The notes beneath the pieces were generated by a model that was not told the origin of the DNA, did not search any database, and saw only the letters and a program-made list of their open reading frames with translations. Shown here one piece after another: positions 8,537 through 16,098 of a stretch of 64,000 nucleotides of DNA. The position numbers and the translations under genes are program-made. The stretch is from assembly GCA_965116625.1 (NCBI GenBank), contig OZ220717.1:2262441-2326440 (forward strand). The letters are read 5' to 3'. The stretch is from Pseudomonadales bacterium (GTDB taxonomy: Bacteria; Pseudomonadota; Gammaproteobacteria; Pseudomonadales; Azotimanducaceae). Every line of letters begins with the position of its first letter. Positions within the stretch are counted from its first letter, which is position 1.

Positions 8537-9745
8537 CTAGCCAATGGCCGCGCCATCGTCGAGGTAGGCGCTCCACGCTTCCATCACTTCGCGGCGTCTT
8601 TCGAGAAGGTCGGTTCTCGCGTAAGCGGCCTCGGCCTTGTTGCGGATGGTGTGCGCGAGGGCGGCCTCGGCGACTTCGCGTGGCTGCGCGGTTTCGCCGC
8701 ACCAGTCACGGAAGCTGGAGCGGAATCCGTGAGGCACAGCTTGGATTGCGAGCTCGCGTATGAGCTTGGACAGCGTGGCGTCGCTCATGGGCCTGCCGGT
8801 GACGGACGGAAAGACGAGGTCGTTGGTTCGAAGGTCGGCCGCCTGGATTAGCAGGTCCACGGCGCGGGGACTGAGCGGCACACGGTGTTCGCGTTGGGCC
8901 TTCATCCGCTGGGCCGGCACGGTCCACAGCCGGGTGTCGAGGTCGACTTCCCGCCAGACCATCAGGCGAACCTCGCCGGAGCGCGCAGCGGTGACGACGA
9001 GGAACTCGAAGGCGAGTTTGGTGGAAAGGTGCGCGTTGGATGCGCGTACCGTGGCCAGGGCCCGAGCGACCTGGTCGTGGGGCAGGGCACGTTGGTGCTT
9101 TTGTACCTGGCCGCCCCTGGGCAGGGCGGAGGTGAGAGCGTCGCCGGCCGGGTTGTCGGGGCGGTGACCGGCGGCGATTGCCGCTTTCATGACGGCGGAG
9201 ATGCGTTGGCGTGTGCGCCTTGCGGTTTCGCGCTTGGTGTTCCAGATGGGATGCAGGGCTCGCAGCACATCGGCCGTTGTGACCTGGTCTACTGGTTTGC
9301 CGCCGAATGCGGGGTAGGCGTAGTCGCGTAGCGAGGACTCCCATTGCGCGGCTGATCTTGGGTTTCGCCAAGTGGGTCGGTGGAAGTCGATGACCTCGGA
9401 TGCGAGCTTGCGAAAGGTTGGGGTCCGCGACTTGGACGGCGTGCGTGGCGCCTGGGCGACGCGCGGCGCGTCGGGTTGCGGAGGCGCCGCCGGTACCCGG
9501 CCGGACTTGGCGATCCTGCGGTAATCGAGGGCCTTCTCGCGCGCCTCTGCCAGGGAGACGTAGGGGAATGCGCCGAGGCCGAGTTCGCGTCGGCGTCCCT
9601 GAACGGTGCCGCGCCAGAACCAGTTTTTGCTGCCCGAGGGGCGAACTCGGAGCAACAGTCCATGCTCGTCGTAGTACTTGTCCGGGCCGGTGCTGCCGCT
9701 GTGCTTAAGGCTCTTGACGAATGCGAAGTTCAGACGCGATTTCAT
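8537..9745 (-). CDS. int: Tyrosine recombinase / phage-type integrase (P4-like, with N-terminal arm-binding DUF4102-type region)
   Basis: N-terminus LLLRVRPSGSKNWFWRGTVQGRRRELGLGAFPYVSLAEAREKA. Catalytic region HGFRSSFRDWCGE ... ALAHTIRNKAEAAYARTD. ATG at 9745 (MKSRLNF) is preferred over the longer ORF start at 9895. Confidence 0.9.
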   Translation of the reverse strand: MKSRLNFAFVKSLKHSGSTGPDKYYDEHGLLLRVRPSGSKNWFWRGTVQGRRRELGLGAFPYVSLAEAREKALDYRRIAKSGRVPAAPPQPDAPRVAQAPRTPSKSRTPTFRKLASEVIDFHRPTWRNPRSAAQWESSLRDYAYPAFGGKPVDQVTTADVLRALHPIWNTKRETARRTRQRISAVMKAAIAAGHRPDNPAGDALTSALPRGGQVQKHQRALPHDQVARALATVRASNAHLSTKLAFEFLVVTAARSGEVRLMVWREVDLDTRLWTVPAQRMKAQREHRVPLSPRAVDLLIQAADLRTNDLVFPSVTGRPMSDATLSKLIRELAIQAVPHGFRSSFRDWCGETAQPREVAEAALAHTIRNKAEAAYARTDLLERRREVMEAWSAYLDDGAAIG

Positions 9746-10098
9746 TGTTCGGCAGTCCTGGTCATCGAGCTGGTCGCCCGGGATGGCGATATGATGGGCG
9801 GACGATGCGTCCTCAGAACCTTGAAAGTGGGGAATTGGCCCCCCAATTGGCCCCACAGTCGAAACGAGAATACCGAAAACGTCGTGAGGCGTCAAGGGGT
9901 GCAGAGGGGACTATTATCTTGTGCTAAAACAAGAAGTTAACCAATATGGTAGACACGCCATGGTATCGGGTGAAACGGCGTGAAATGGCGGACGGCAGAC
10001 GTCCGCTCCGCCAACACTTCAATAGAAACAGTAAGTTATCCGAGCTGTCCCGAGTTCGTATGACATTCGACGACTTGGTGATGAGTCCATGTGACCTC

Positions 10099-10167
10099 TA
10101 GCGCCATGAAATCCGCCGGCCCTTCGGGCACGTCGCATTTCACCCCGCCCAAGCCCACCTATCATCC
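10099..10167 (-). repeat. Dispersed intergenic repeat, copy 3 (inverted relative to the copies at 58.3-58.5 kb)
   Basis: tagcgccatgaaatccgccggcccttcgggcacgtcgcatttcaccccgcccaagcccacctatcatcc matches the reverse complement of 58431-58503 at 66 of about 70 positions by hand alignment. Confidence 0.85.
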
Positions 10168-10197
10168 TGCACCTTGATCGGCACTACGCTACGCCTT

Positions 10198-11091
10198 CTA
10201 CTCACCCGTAAAGGCCTTTGCGATTTCGCCAACATTGTGGCGGAACATGTCGAGATAGGTCGGCGCCGGACCGGTGGGGCCGGACAACGAGTCGGAGTAG
10301 AGCCTGCCGCCGATGACGGCGCCGGCTTCACGTGCGAGTTGCCCCACCAGACGCGGGTCCGTGATGTTCTCGACGAACAACGCGTGGATGCCCTCATCCC
10401 GCATCTGGCGAATGAGGGTGGCCACTTCGCCCGCCGAGGGCTCGCTTTCGGTGCTCAGACCGACCGGGGCATGAAAGTCGATGCCGTAGGCGCGGCCAAA
10501 GTACTGAAACGCGTCGTGCGACGTGATCACCTTGCGCCGATCCCTGGGAAAGGCCTCGAGCCGGCTCTTGACTTCCCGGTCCAGCGCCGCCAGTTCGCGA
10601 TCATAGGCTTCGGCGCGACGACGGTAGTCGTCCGCGTGAGCCGGGTCTGCCGCAGCCAGTGCACGGACGATATTGGCGACATCGAGGCGTCCGTTGGTGA
10701 GGTCCTGCCAGGCGTGGGGATCGGGTTGGTTTTCTTCCACCGTCAGCGCAGCGATACCCTCGCTGGCCACAACAACCGGCCCCCTGTAACCGGACACCTT
10801 GACCAGCCGGTCGATCCAGCCTTCGAAGCCGAGGCCGTTGACGACAACGAGGTCCGCCCGGGCCAGGCTGCGTGCATCGGCCGGGGTCGGCTCGTAGACG
10901 TGGGCATCACCGTCCGGGCCGACCAGCGTAGCGAGCGCGACGTGCTCCCCGCCGACATTCCTCACCATGTCTGCGAGAATGGTGAAGGAGGTAACGACCC
11001 TGAGCTTATCGGCCGCCCAGGGTCGAGATGTCGTGGCCACGGCGAGTGTGGCAAGCGCGGCAAGGCACGAACGGCGGGAAAGACGATACAT
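10198..11091 (-). CDS. znuA: Metal (zinc) ABC transporter substrate-binding protein, ZnuA/TroA family
   Basis: Signal peptide MYRLSRRSCLAALATLAVA. Family-typical VVTSFTILADMVRNVGG, DAHVYEP, DPHAWQD, SHDAFQYFGRAYG. Lies in an operon with znuB/znuC downstream of zur. Confidence 0.85.
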   Translation of the reverse strand: MYRLSRRSCLAALATLAVATTSRPWAADKLRVVTSFTILADMVRNVGGEHVALATLVGPDGDAHVYEPTPADARSLARADLVVVNGLGFEGWIDRLVKVSGYRGPVVVASEGIAALTVEENQPDPHAWQDLTNGRLDVANIVRALAAADPAHADDYRRRAEAYDRELAALDREVKSRLEAFPRDRRKVITSHDAFQYFGRAYGIDFHAPVGLSTESEPSAGEVATLIRQMRDEGIHALFVENITDPRLVGQLAREAGAVIGGRLYSDSLSGPTGPAPTYLDMFRHNVGEIAKAFTGE

Positions 11092-11113
11092 GGATTTTCC
11101 GCTCCGCTGCCGT

Positions 11114-11986
11114 TCAAGCTTCAAGATGCCGGCGCGGCATGAACCGCGTCCACAAGCTGCCGCGCGGACCGGCGACAACCGAGACGATGTAGACGCCCCC
11201 GGCGACCAGGATGATGGCCGGTCCGGACGGAAGGTCTGCGTGGTAGGAGAGCAGTAGTCCCGCATACCCGGAAGCGAACGCGATGCCGCTGCTCGTGGCC
11301 GCGAGCGTCGCAACCTCGCCCGCCCAGAATTTCGCGGCCGTGGCGGGGAGCATCATCAAGCCGACCGCCATCAGCGTACCGAGCGCATGGAACCCCGCGA
11401 CAAGGTTCATGACGACCAGCGTCAGAAACGCGAAGTGAACGACCACGCCGGGGCCGCCCACGGCGCGCAGGAATCCGGGGTCGAAGCACTCGACAATCAA
11501 CCCGCGGCCGATGACGGCCAAAGTGAGGAGAGTCAGCGTCGCAATCGAGACGACGAGCAGCAGCGACGCATCGTCGACAGCCAGAATGGTTCCGAAGAGG
11601 ACATGCATGAGATCGACGCTGCTGCCGTGTGTGGACACGATGAGCACACCGAGCGCCAGTGAAATGAGATAGAAGGCGGCAAAGCTGGCATCCTCGCGCT
11701 GAGGCGTCACGCGCGCGATCACACCGGACAGGATCGCCACAACGAGGCCCACGATGAAGCCGCCGAGGCTCATGACCAGGAGTGAGAGTCCGGCGATCAT
11801 GAAACCAATGGCCGCGCCGGGCAACACGGCGTGGCTCAATGCATCGCCGACGAGGCTCATGCGGCGCAAGACAAGCAGCACACCCACGGGGCCGCTGCCG
11901 ACGCTGAGCGCGAGACACGCGACCAGGGCCCTGCGCATGAACTCGAATTCGACGAAGGGCTGGATCAAGTTGGCATGGACGTCCAT
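11114..11986 (-). CDS. znuB: Zinc ABC transporter permease
   Basis: Polytopic membrane protein of the ABC-3 family. Its start overlaps the znuC stop (TGATG at 11984-11988). Confidence 0.85.
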   Translation of the reverse strand: MDVHANLIQPFVEFEFMRRALVACLALSVGSGPVGVLLVLRRMSLVGDALSHAVLPGAAIGFMIAGLSLLVMSLGGFIVGLVVAILSGVIARVTPQREDASFAAFYLISLALGVLIVSTHGSSVDLMHVLFGTILAVDDASLLLVVSIATLTLLTLAVIGRGLIVECFDPGFLRAVGGPGVVVHFAFLTLVVMNLVAGFHALGTLMAVGLMMLPATAAKFWAGEVATLAATSSGIAFASGYAGLLLSYHADLPSGPAIILVAGGVYIVSVVAGPRGSLWTRFMPRRHLEA

Positions 11987-12729
11987 CAGCCCCCGCTTCG
12001 GCGGCAGACCTCGGCACGGTCGTCCCACTCCTCAGCCATCTGTCGCGCCTGGAAGAGGTGCTCTGCCCGGAGCACCTCGGCAGTCGCCCCCCAGGCAACG
12101 GGCTCCCGGGCCATCACCAGGGTGTCGGGGAAATTCTCCCGTACCTGGTCGAGGTCATGCAGCACGGCGATCACCGTCCGTCCTTCGCCGTGCCAGCCCA
12201 ACACCACCCTCAGAAGGTCAGCGGAGGTCCTCGCGTCGATGGCGGTGAAGGGTTCGTCGAGCAGAATGACCGGACAGTTCTGCAACAACATGCGTGCAAA
12301 CAGGACCCGTTGAAACTGCCCCGCTGACAAGGAGGCAATCGGGCGTCGGCCGAAGCCATCGAGACCGACAGCCAGTAGCGCTTCCTCGGCTTGCCGCCGT
12401 TGGGCACGCGTGACTGGGCGGAACAGGCCGATCGTCCGCCAGTGACCCAGCAACACCGTGTCCATCACGGAAATCGGGAAACTGCGATCGATCTCTGCCT
12501 GCTGGGGCAGATAGGCGATATCGCGCTGGCTCAGCCCGTTGCGCTCCAAGCGGCCATCCAGGGGTGGGAGATGCCCGATCAGTCCCTTGAGCAAGGTGCT
12601 CTTGCCCGATCCATTGGGCCCGACGACCGCCGACAATGAACCGGTCGCGAAGCTGCCGGTCAGGTGATGCACAGCCGGATGGCGGTCGTATCCCAGCGTG
12701 ACATCGCGGAGCGTGAAAACCGCTGTCAT
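11986..12729 (-). CDS. znuC: Zinc ABC transporter ATP-binding protein
   Basis: Walker A GPNGSGKST, signature LSAGQ, Walker B ILLDEPF. ATG at 12729. Confidence 0.85.
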   Translation of the reverse strand: MTAVFTLRDVTLGYDRHPAVHHLTGSFATGSLSAVVGPNGSGKSTLLKGLIGHLPPLDGRLERNGLSQRDIAYLPQQAEIDRSFPISVMDTVLLGHWRTIGLFRPVTRAQRRQAEEALLAVGLDGFGRRPIASLSAGQFQRVLFARMLLQNCPVILLDEPFTAIDARTSADLLRVVLGWHGEGRTVIAVLHDLDQVRENFPDTLVMAREPVAWGATAEVLRAEHLFQARQMAEEWDDRAEVCRRSGG

Positions 12730-12899
12730 GGCAGCCACCCCATGGCCCAGGCTGCGGCAACCCACAGGAAGATCGCCAGGGGAACTGCCCAGAGAAACTG
12801 AGCGACCACGCCGCCGGCCAGCGGCGAGGCGGCGCGTCCGAACCGGGTGTCTTCAGCGACATTGACGTCCAGTGTCTCCGAGCCGGGTTCGCCGCGCAT
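12726..12899 (-). CDS. Untracked 57-codon ORF encoding a small membrane peptide, wedged between the carbonic anhydrase gene and znuC
   Basis: Hand translation: MRGEPGSETLDVNVAEDTRFGRAASPLAGGVVAQFLWAVPLAIFLWVAAAWAMGWLP*. Its ATG lies 2 nt after the upstream TGA, and its TGA overlaps the znuC ATG (ATGA). It falls below the length cut-off of the ORF track. Confidence 0.4.
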   Translation of the reverse strand: MRGEPGSETLDVNVAEDTRFGRAASPLAGGVVAQFLWAVPLAIFLWVAAAWAMGWLP

Positions 12900-12901
12900 G
12901 T

Positions 12902-13462
12902 TCAGAACTCCCCCTCGAGAGGCTTGTAGCCCAGAACGAGGGAGTTGTTGGTGCGCACGACGTCCTCCGAGAACTCAGAGCCATCGACCGTGACCCTCGG
13001 TATGGTGGCGACATCGGTGTGGGGTCCGATGTGCCGTGCGGATGGGGCGTGGAGACCGGCCGACAGGTCACAGCCTTCGACCACGGCGTTGTGACCCACG
13101 ACGCAGCCTTCGCCCACCACGCAGTCGAAGAGCACGCTGTTGAAGCCGACGAACGCACCGTCGCCGACCGAACAGGGGCCGTGGACAATCGCGCGGTGGG
13201 CGATCGAAGTCCGCTCGCCGATGGTGACTGCCGTGCCGGACTTGGCGTGCATGACCACACCGTCCTGAATGTTCGAGTGGGCACCGATGATGATGGCCTC
13301 CATTTGGCCGTTCGCATCCACCTCGTCGGCACGGATCACGGCATAGGGTCCGATGAAGACGTTCTCATGGACGACTACGCGACCGCACAGAATGGCCGTC
13401 GGATCGACAAAGGCACTGTCATGGACAACCGGGAGATCGCCGCGCGGATTCTTGCGGATCAT
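12902..13462 (-). CDS. Gamma-class carbonic anhydrase (Cam type, left-handed beta-helix)
   Basis: VIRADE, NIQDGVVMHA and SIAHRAIVHGP retain the three His ligand positions of Cam-type enzymes. The C-terminus VVRTNNSLVLGYK resembles Methanosarcina Cam. Start chosen at MIRKNPRG. Confidence 0.8.
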   Translation of the reverse strand: MIRKNPRGDLPVVHDSAFVDPTAILCGRVVVHENVFIGPYAVIRADEVDANGQMEAIIIGAHSNIQDGVVMHAKSGTAVTIGERTSIAHRAIVHGPCSVGDGAFVGFNSVLFDCVVGEGCVVGHNAVVEGCDLSAGLHAPSARHIGPHTDVATIPRVTVDGSEFSEDVVRTNNSLVLGYKPLEGEF

Positions 13463-13521
13463 CGGGCCAGTGCTCCCGTTTTCATGGCCAACATGGATTC
13501 CAAGGGACCCACTTTGGCCGT

Positions 13522-14049
13522 TCAGACCGCACTGGCCGGGACGCAATTCGGGCAAGCGCCCTCCACTTCGATCACACGTCGGTCCACGCGGTAGCCCAGG
13601 GCCGCGGCATCCTCGGCGAGCACCTGCACGACCCGCGGGTCCTCCAGTTCAGTCGATGCCCCACAGATGCTGCAGATGAAGAAAAGACAACCATGCTCCC
13701 GCTCCGGATGCGCACGAGGGACGTACGCGTTCCGGCTTTCGATCCTCGAAACGAGCTGCTGGGACACCAGGAATTCAAGTGCCCGGTAAACGGTGGGTGG
13801 CCCGACCGGACGGTCGTACTTGAGTTCCAGCGCTTCGATCAGCGCGTAGGCACCCGTCGGCCGCCTCCTCTCCCAAAGCAACTCCAGGACGTGTCGCCTC
13901 AGCCTCGTTAGTCTGTTTCCGCGCGCGGCGCAAAGGACACCCGCCAACGCAACCCGTTCGGCCGGCGCATGCTGCCCGCGGCAGTTGGGATCGCGGCAGG
14001 GCTGAGGTTCGGTCCCCAAGCGTTCCATGGCATGGATCTCCATTGCCAT
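13522..14049 (-). CDS. zur: Fur-family zinc uptake regulator
   Basis: Winged-helix region RLTRLRRHVLELLW...AYALIEAL...PTVYRALEFL, plus CxxC pairs FFICSICG and GACPNC. ATG at 14049, with an alternative at 14043. Confidence 0.85.
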   Translation of the reverse strand: MAMEIHAMERLGTEPQPCRDPNCRGQHAPAERVALAGVLCAARGNRLTRLRRHVLELLWERRRPTGAYALIEALELKYDRPVGPPTVYRALEFLVSQQLVSRIESRNAYVPRAHPEREHGCLFFICSICGASTELEDPRVVQVLAEDAAALGYRVDRRVIEVEGACPNCVPASAV

Positions 14050-14060
14050 TGGGTATAGGT

Positions 14061-14072
14061 ACGTTATAACGT
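14061..14072. promoter_or_regulatory. Zur-box-like perfect palindrome ACGTTATAACGT shared by face-to-face divergent promoters
   Basis: 12-bp perfect inverted repeat. On the + strand, TTGCCA (14043-48) - 16 nt - TATAAC (14065-70). On the - strand, TTGCCA (14084-89 rc) - 15 nt - TATAAC (14063-68 rc). Both -10 elements lie inside the palindrome. Confidence 0.6.
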
Positions 14073-14180
14073 TACTTTTCTGGTGGCAAGAGCCAACGAA
14101 TGTCTCGGGAGCCAACGTGGCCGCAGGAAGGAGCGTGACATGGACACAGCGACGGTCAGAAGCCCGCAGGTGTGCTCTGC

Positions 14181-14684
14181 ATGAGCGCTGAACGCACCGA
14201 CCCGGCGACGTCGACACCCTTTGCAGCACGTATGTCGGTTGAGCAAGTCGAAGAAGGCCTCGCCCTGGCACCCAGGTTCGATGCCGACGGACTGATCCCC
14301 TGCATCACGACCGACGCCAACAAGGGCGAAGTGTTGATGCTGGGCTACATGAATGGCGAGGCGCTGCAGCGAACGATCGCGACCGGCGAGGCGTACTACT
14401 GGAGCCGAAGCCGCAAGTGCCTCTGGCGCAAGGGAGCGACCAGTGGCCTCATCCAGAAAGTTGTGGAACTGCGCGTCGACGACGATCAGGACGCCGTCTG
14501 GCTGCGTGTCAAGGTCGCTGGCTCAGGTGCGAGTTGTCACGTGGGATACCGGTCGTGTTTCTACCGATTGGTCGACCTTGGTGGCCCTTCGGGTGGACCC
14601 GTTCGACTCGTGTTCACGGAGCCACGGAAGTCCTTTGATCCGAAGGACGTCTACGGTGACGCGCCCAGTCCGACCCGGCTTTGA
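14181..14684 (+). CDS. hisI: Phosphoribosyl-AMP cyclohydrolase paralogue (HisI-like)
   Basis: [50 protein letters not shown]...[11 protein letters not shown]. Possible starts are GTG 14172, ATG 14181 or ATG 14232. Confidence 0.85.
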   Translation: MSAERTDPATSTPFAARMSVEQVEEGLALAPRFDADGLIPCITTDANKGEVLMLGYMNGEALQRTIATGEAYYWSRSRKCLWRKGATSGLIQKVVELRVDDDQDAVWLRVKVAGSGASCHVGYRSCFYRLVDLGGPSGGPVRLVFTEPRKSFDPKDVYGDAPSPTRL

Positions 14685-14751
14685 TGTGGGACGGCCGTGC
14701 CTCGCGGACATCTCGTGGCATCTCTCAGTCAGGCTTTTCAAGGAGAATTAG

Positions 14752-16098
14752 ATGAACACACTGCACAAAGTACCTGTTTCCATCCTCACCGGCTTCCTCG
14801 GGTCCGGCAAGACGACCCTGCTCAACCGGATCCTGAGCGAGGAGCACGGCAAGCGCATTGCCGTGATCGAGAACGAGTTCGGGGAGGTCGGCATCGACCA
14901 GGCCCTCGTCATCGACGCTGACGAAGAGATCTTCGAGATGTCGAACGGCTGCATCTGCTGCACGGTGCGCGGAGACCTGATTCGCGTGCTCGGCAATCTC
15001 ATGAAGCGCCGCGACAAGTTCGACTACGTGCTGGTGGAGACCACGGGGCTCGCCGATCCCGGCCCGGTCGCCCAGACCTTCTTCGTGGACGACGAGATTC
15101 GCGCGGAGTACGCGCTGGACGGGATCGTCACGCTCGTCGATGCGGCCCATATCGAGCAGCAGCTTGGCCGCAGCGACGAGAGCACCGAGCAGATCGCGTT
15201 CGCAGACGTCCTGGTGCTCAACAAGACGGACCTCGTCGACGGCGAGGCGCTCGACGGGCTCGAGGCGCGGCTCCGGGACATGAACCGGATGGCGCAGGTC
15301 GTGCGTAGCGAGCGGGCGGACGTCCCCGTCGACACGGTGCTCAACCTCGGCGCATTTGACCTGGACGAAGTGCTCGAGCGTCGTCCCACCTTCCTGGAGC
15401 CCGAGTACCCGTTCGAGTGGACCGGAGTCTATGCGCTCGACGCCGGCCGCTACGAACTCAGCCTCGCCGAGGGACCCGATCCCGCCATGTCGCTCGTCGT
15501 CGTGTCCGACCAGGGGACGGATGACGCTGCCCTCCGTGAGGGTGCGGAGTGGTGTGTGCGGCGCTACGCAGAACCCTCGGCGGACATCCGCCCGGGGGAC
15601 GCGATTCCTGCCGGAGAGCACGTGAACCTGCACCTCGACTCCCGGGGGCGCAAGGCGTTCTTCCTGGAGGTGGACACCGAGGTGCGCGTCGGCCTCTACG
15701 CCCAGCACACCGCGGAGGAGTTCGATCTCCAACTGACCAACGCGGAAGGCGTGGCCGTCCGGCCAGCGGTCGAGCGCACCTGGGTCGCACAGCACGAGCA
15801 CGACGACGAGGTGGGATCGATTGCTATCGAGAGCGATGGCGAGGTCGATTCCGAAAGACTCAACGCCTGGCTCGGCGAACTCCTCCGCGAGCGCGGGGTG
15901 GACATCTTCCGCATGAAAGGCTTCATCAGCATCGCCGGAGAGCCGCGTCGCTTCGTCTTCCAGGGCGTCCACATGCTCTTCGACGGCCAGCCGGATCGAC
16001 CATGGGGCGACGAGCCCCGGCGCAATCAACTCGTTTTCATCGGGCGCAACCTCGATGAAGAGGCCATGCGACGGGGATTCGAGGCATGCCTGATCTGA
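14752..16098 (+). CDS. COG0523-family metallochaperone GTPase (CobW/ZigA/YeiR-like) with a long internal insertion
   Basis: P-loop GFLGSGKTTLLN, metal-binding GCICCT, C-terminal CobW_C-like IFRMKGFISIAGEPRRFVFQGVH. At 448 aa it is longer than usual for the family. Confidence 0.9.
   Translation: MNTLHKVPVSILTGFLGSGKTTLLNRILSEEHGKRIAVIENEFGEVGIDQALVIDADEEIFEMSNGCICCTVRGDLIRVLGNLMKRRDKFDYVLVETTGLADPGPVAQTFFVDDEIRAEYALDGIVTLVDAAHIEQQLGRSDESTEQIAFADVLVLNKTDLVDGEALDGLEARLRDMNRMAQVVRSERADVPVDTVLNLGAFDLDEVLERRPTFLEPEYPFEWTGVYALDAGRYELSLAEGPDPAMSLVVVSDQGTDDAALREGAEWCVRRYAEPSADIRPGDAIPAGEHVNLHLDSRGRKAFFLEVDTEVRVGLYAQHTAEEFDLQLTNAEGVAVRPAVERTWVAQHEHDDEVGSIAIESDGEVDSERLNAWLGELLRERGVDIFRMKGFISIAGEPRRFVFQGVHMLFDGQPDRPWGDEPRRNQLVFIGRNLDEEAMRRGFEACLI

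Larger units (their letters stand above)
1..10170. mobile_element. Putative integrase-associated genomic (defence) island, right-hand portion; left border lies outside the window
   Basis: A P4-type tyrosine integrase (8537-9745) sits at the right edge. Every ORF to its left is a nuclease, methylase, ATPase or ORFan. Housekeeping Zur-regulon genes start at 10198. GC content is locally depressed around 7.4-8.4 kb and 9.9-10.1 kb. No flanking tRNA or direct-repeat att site could be identified. Confidence 0.5.

Noticed and set aside
9746-9895. 50-codon N-terminal extension of the integrase ORF
   Set aside because: The extension (MTPHDVFGILVSTVGPIGGP...) has no counterpart in P4-type integrases, which begin close to the MKSRLNFAFVKSL-type sequence. 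ATG 9745 is preferred.
10099-10167. The 70-bp repeat as attL/attR of the integrase island
   Set aside because: The only other copies in view are inverted and lie among core genes 48 kb to the right. An att duplication should be a direct repeat at the far (left) end of the island, which is outside the window. This is not excluded, only unsupported.
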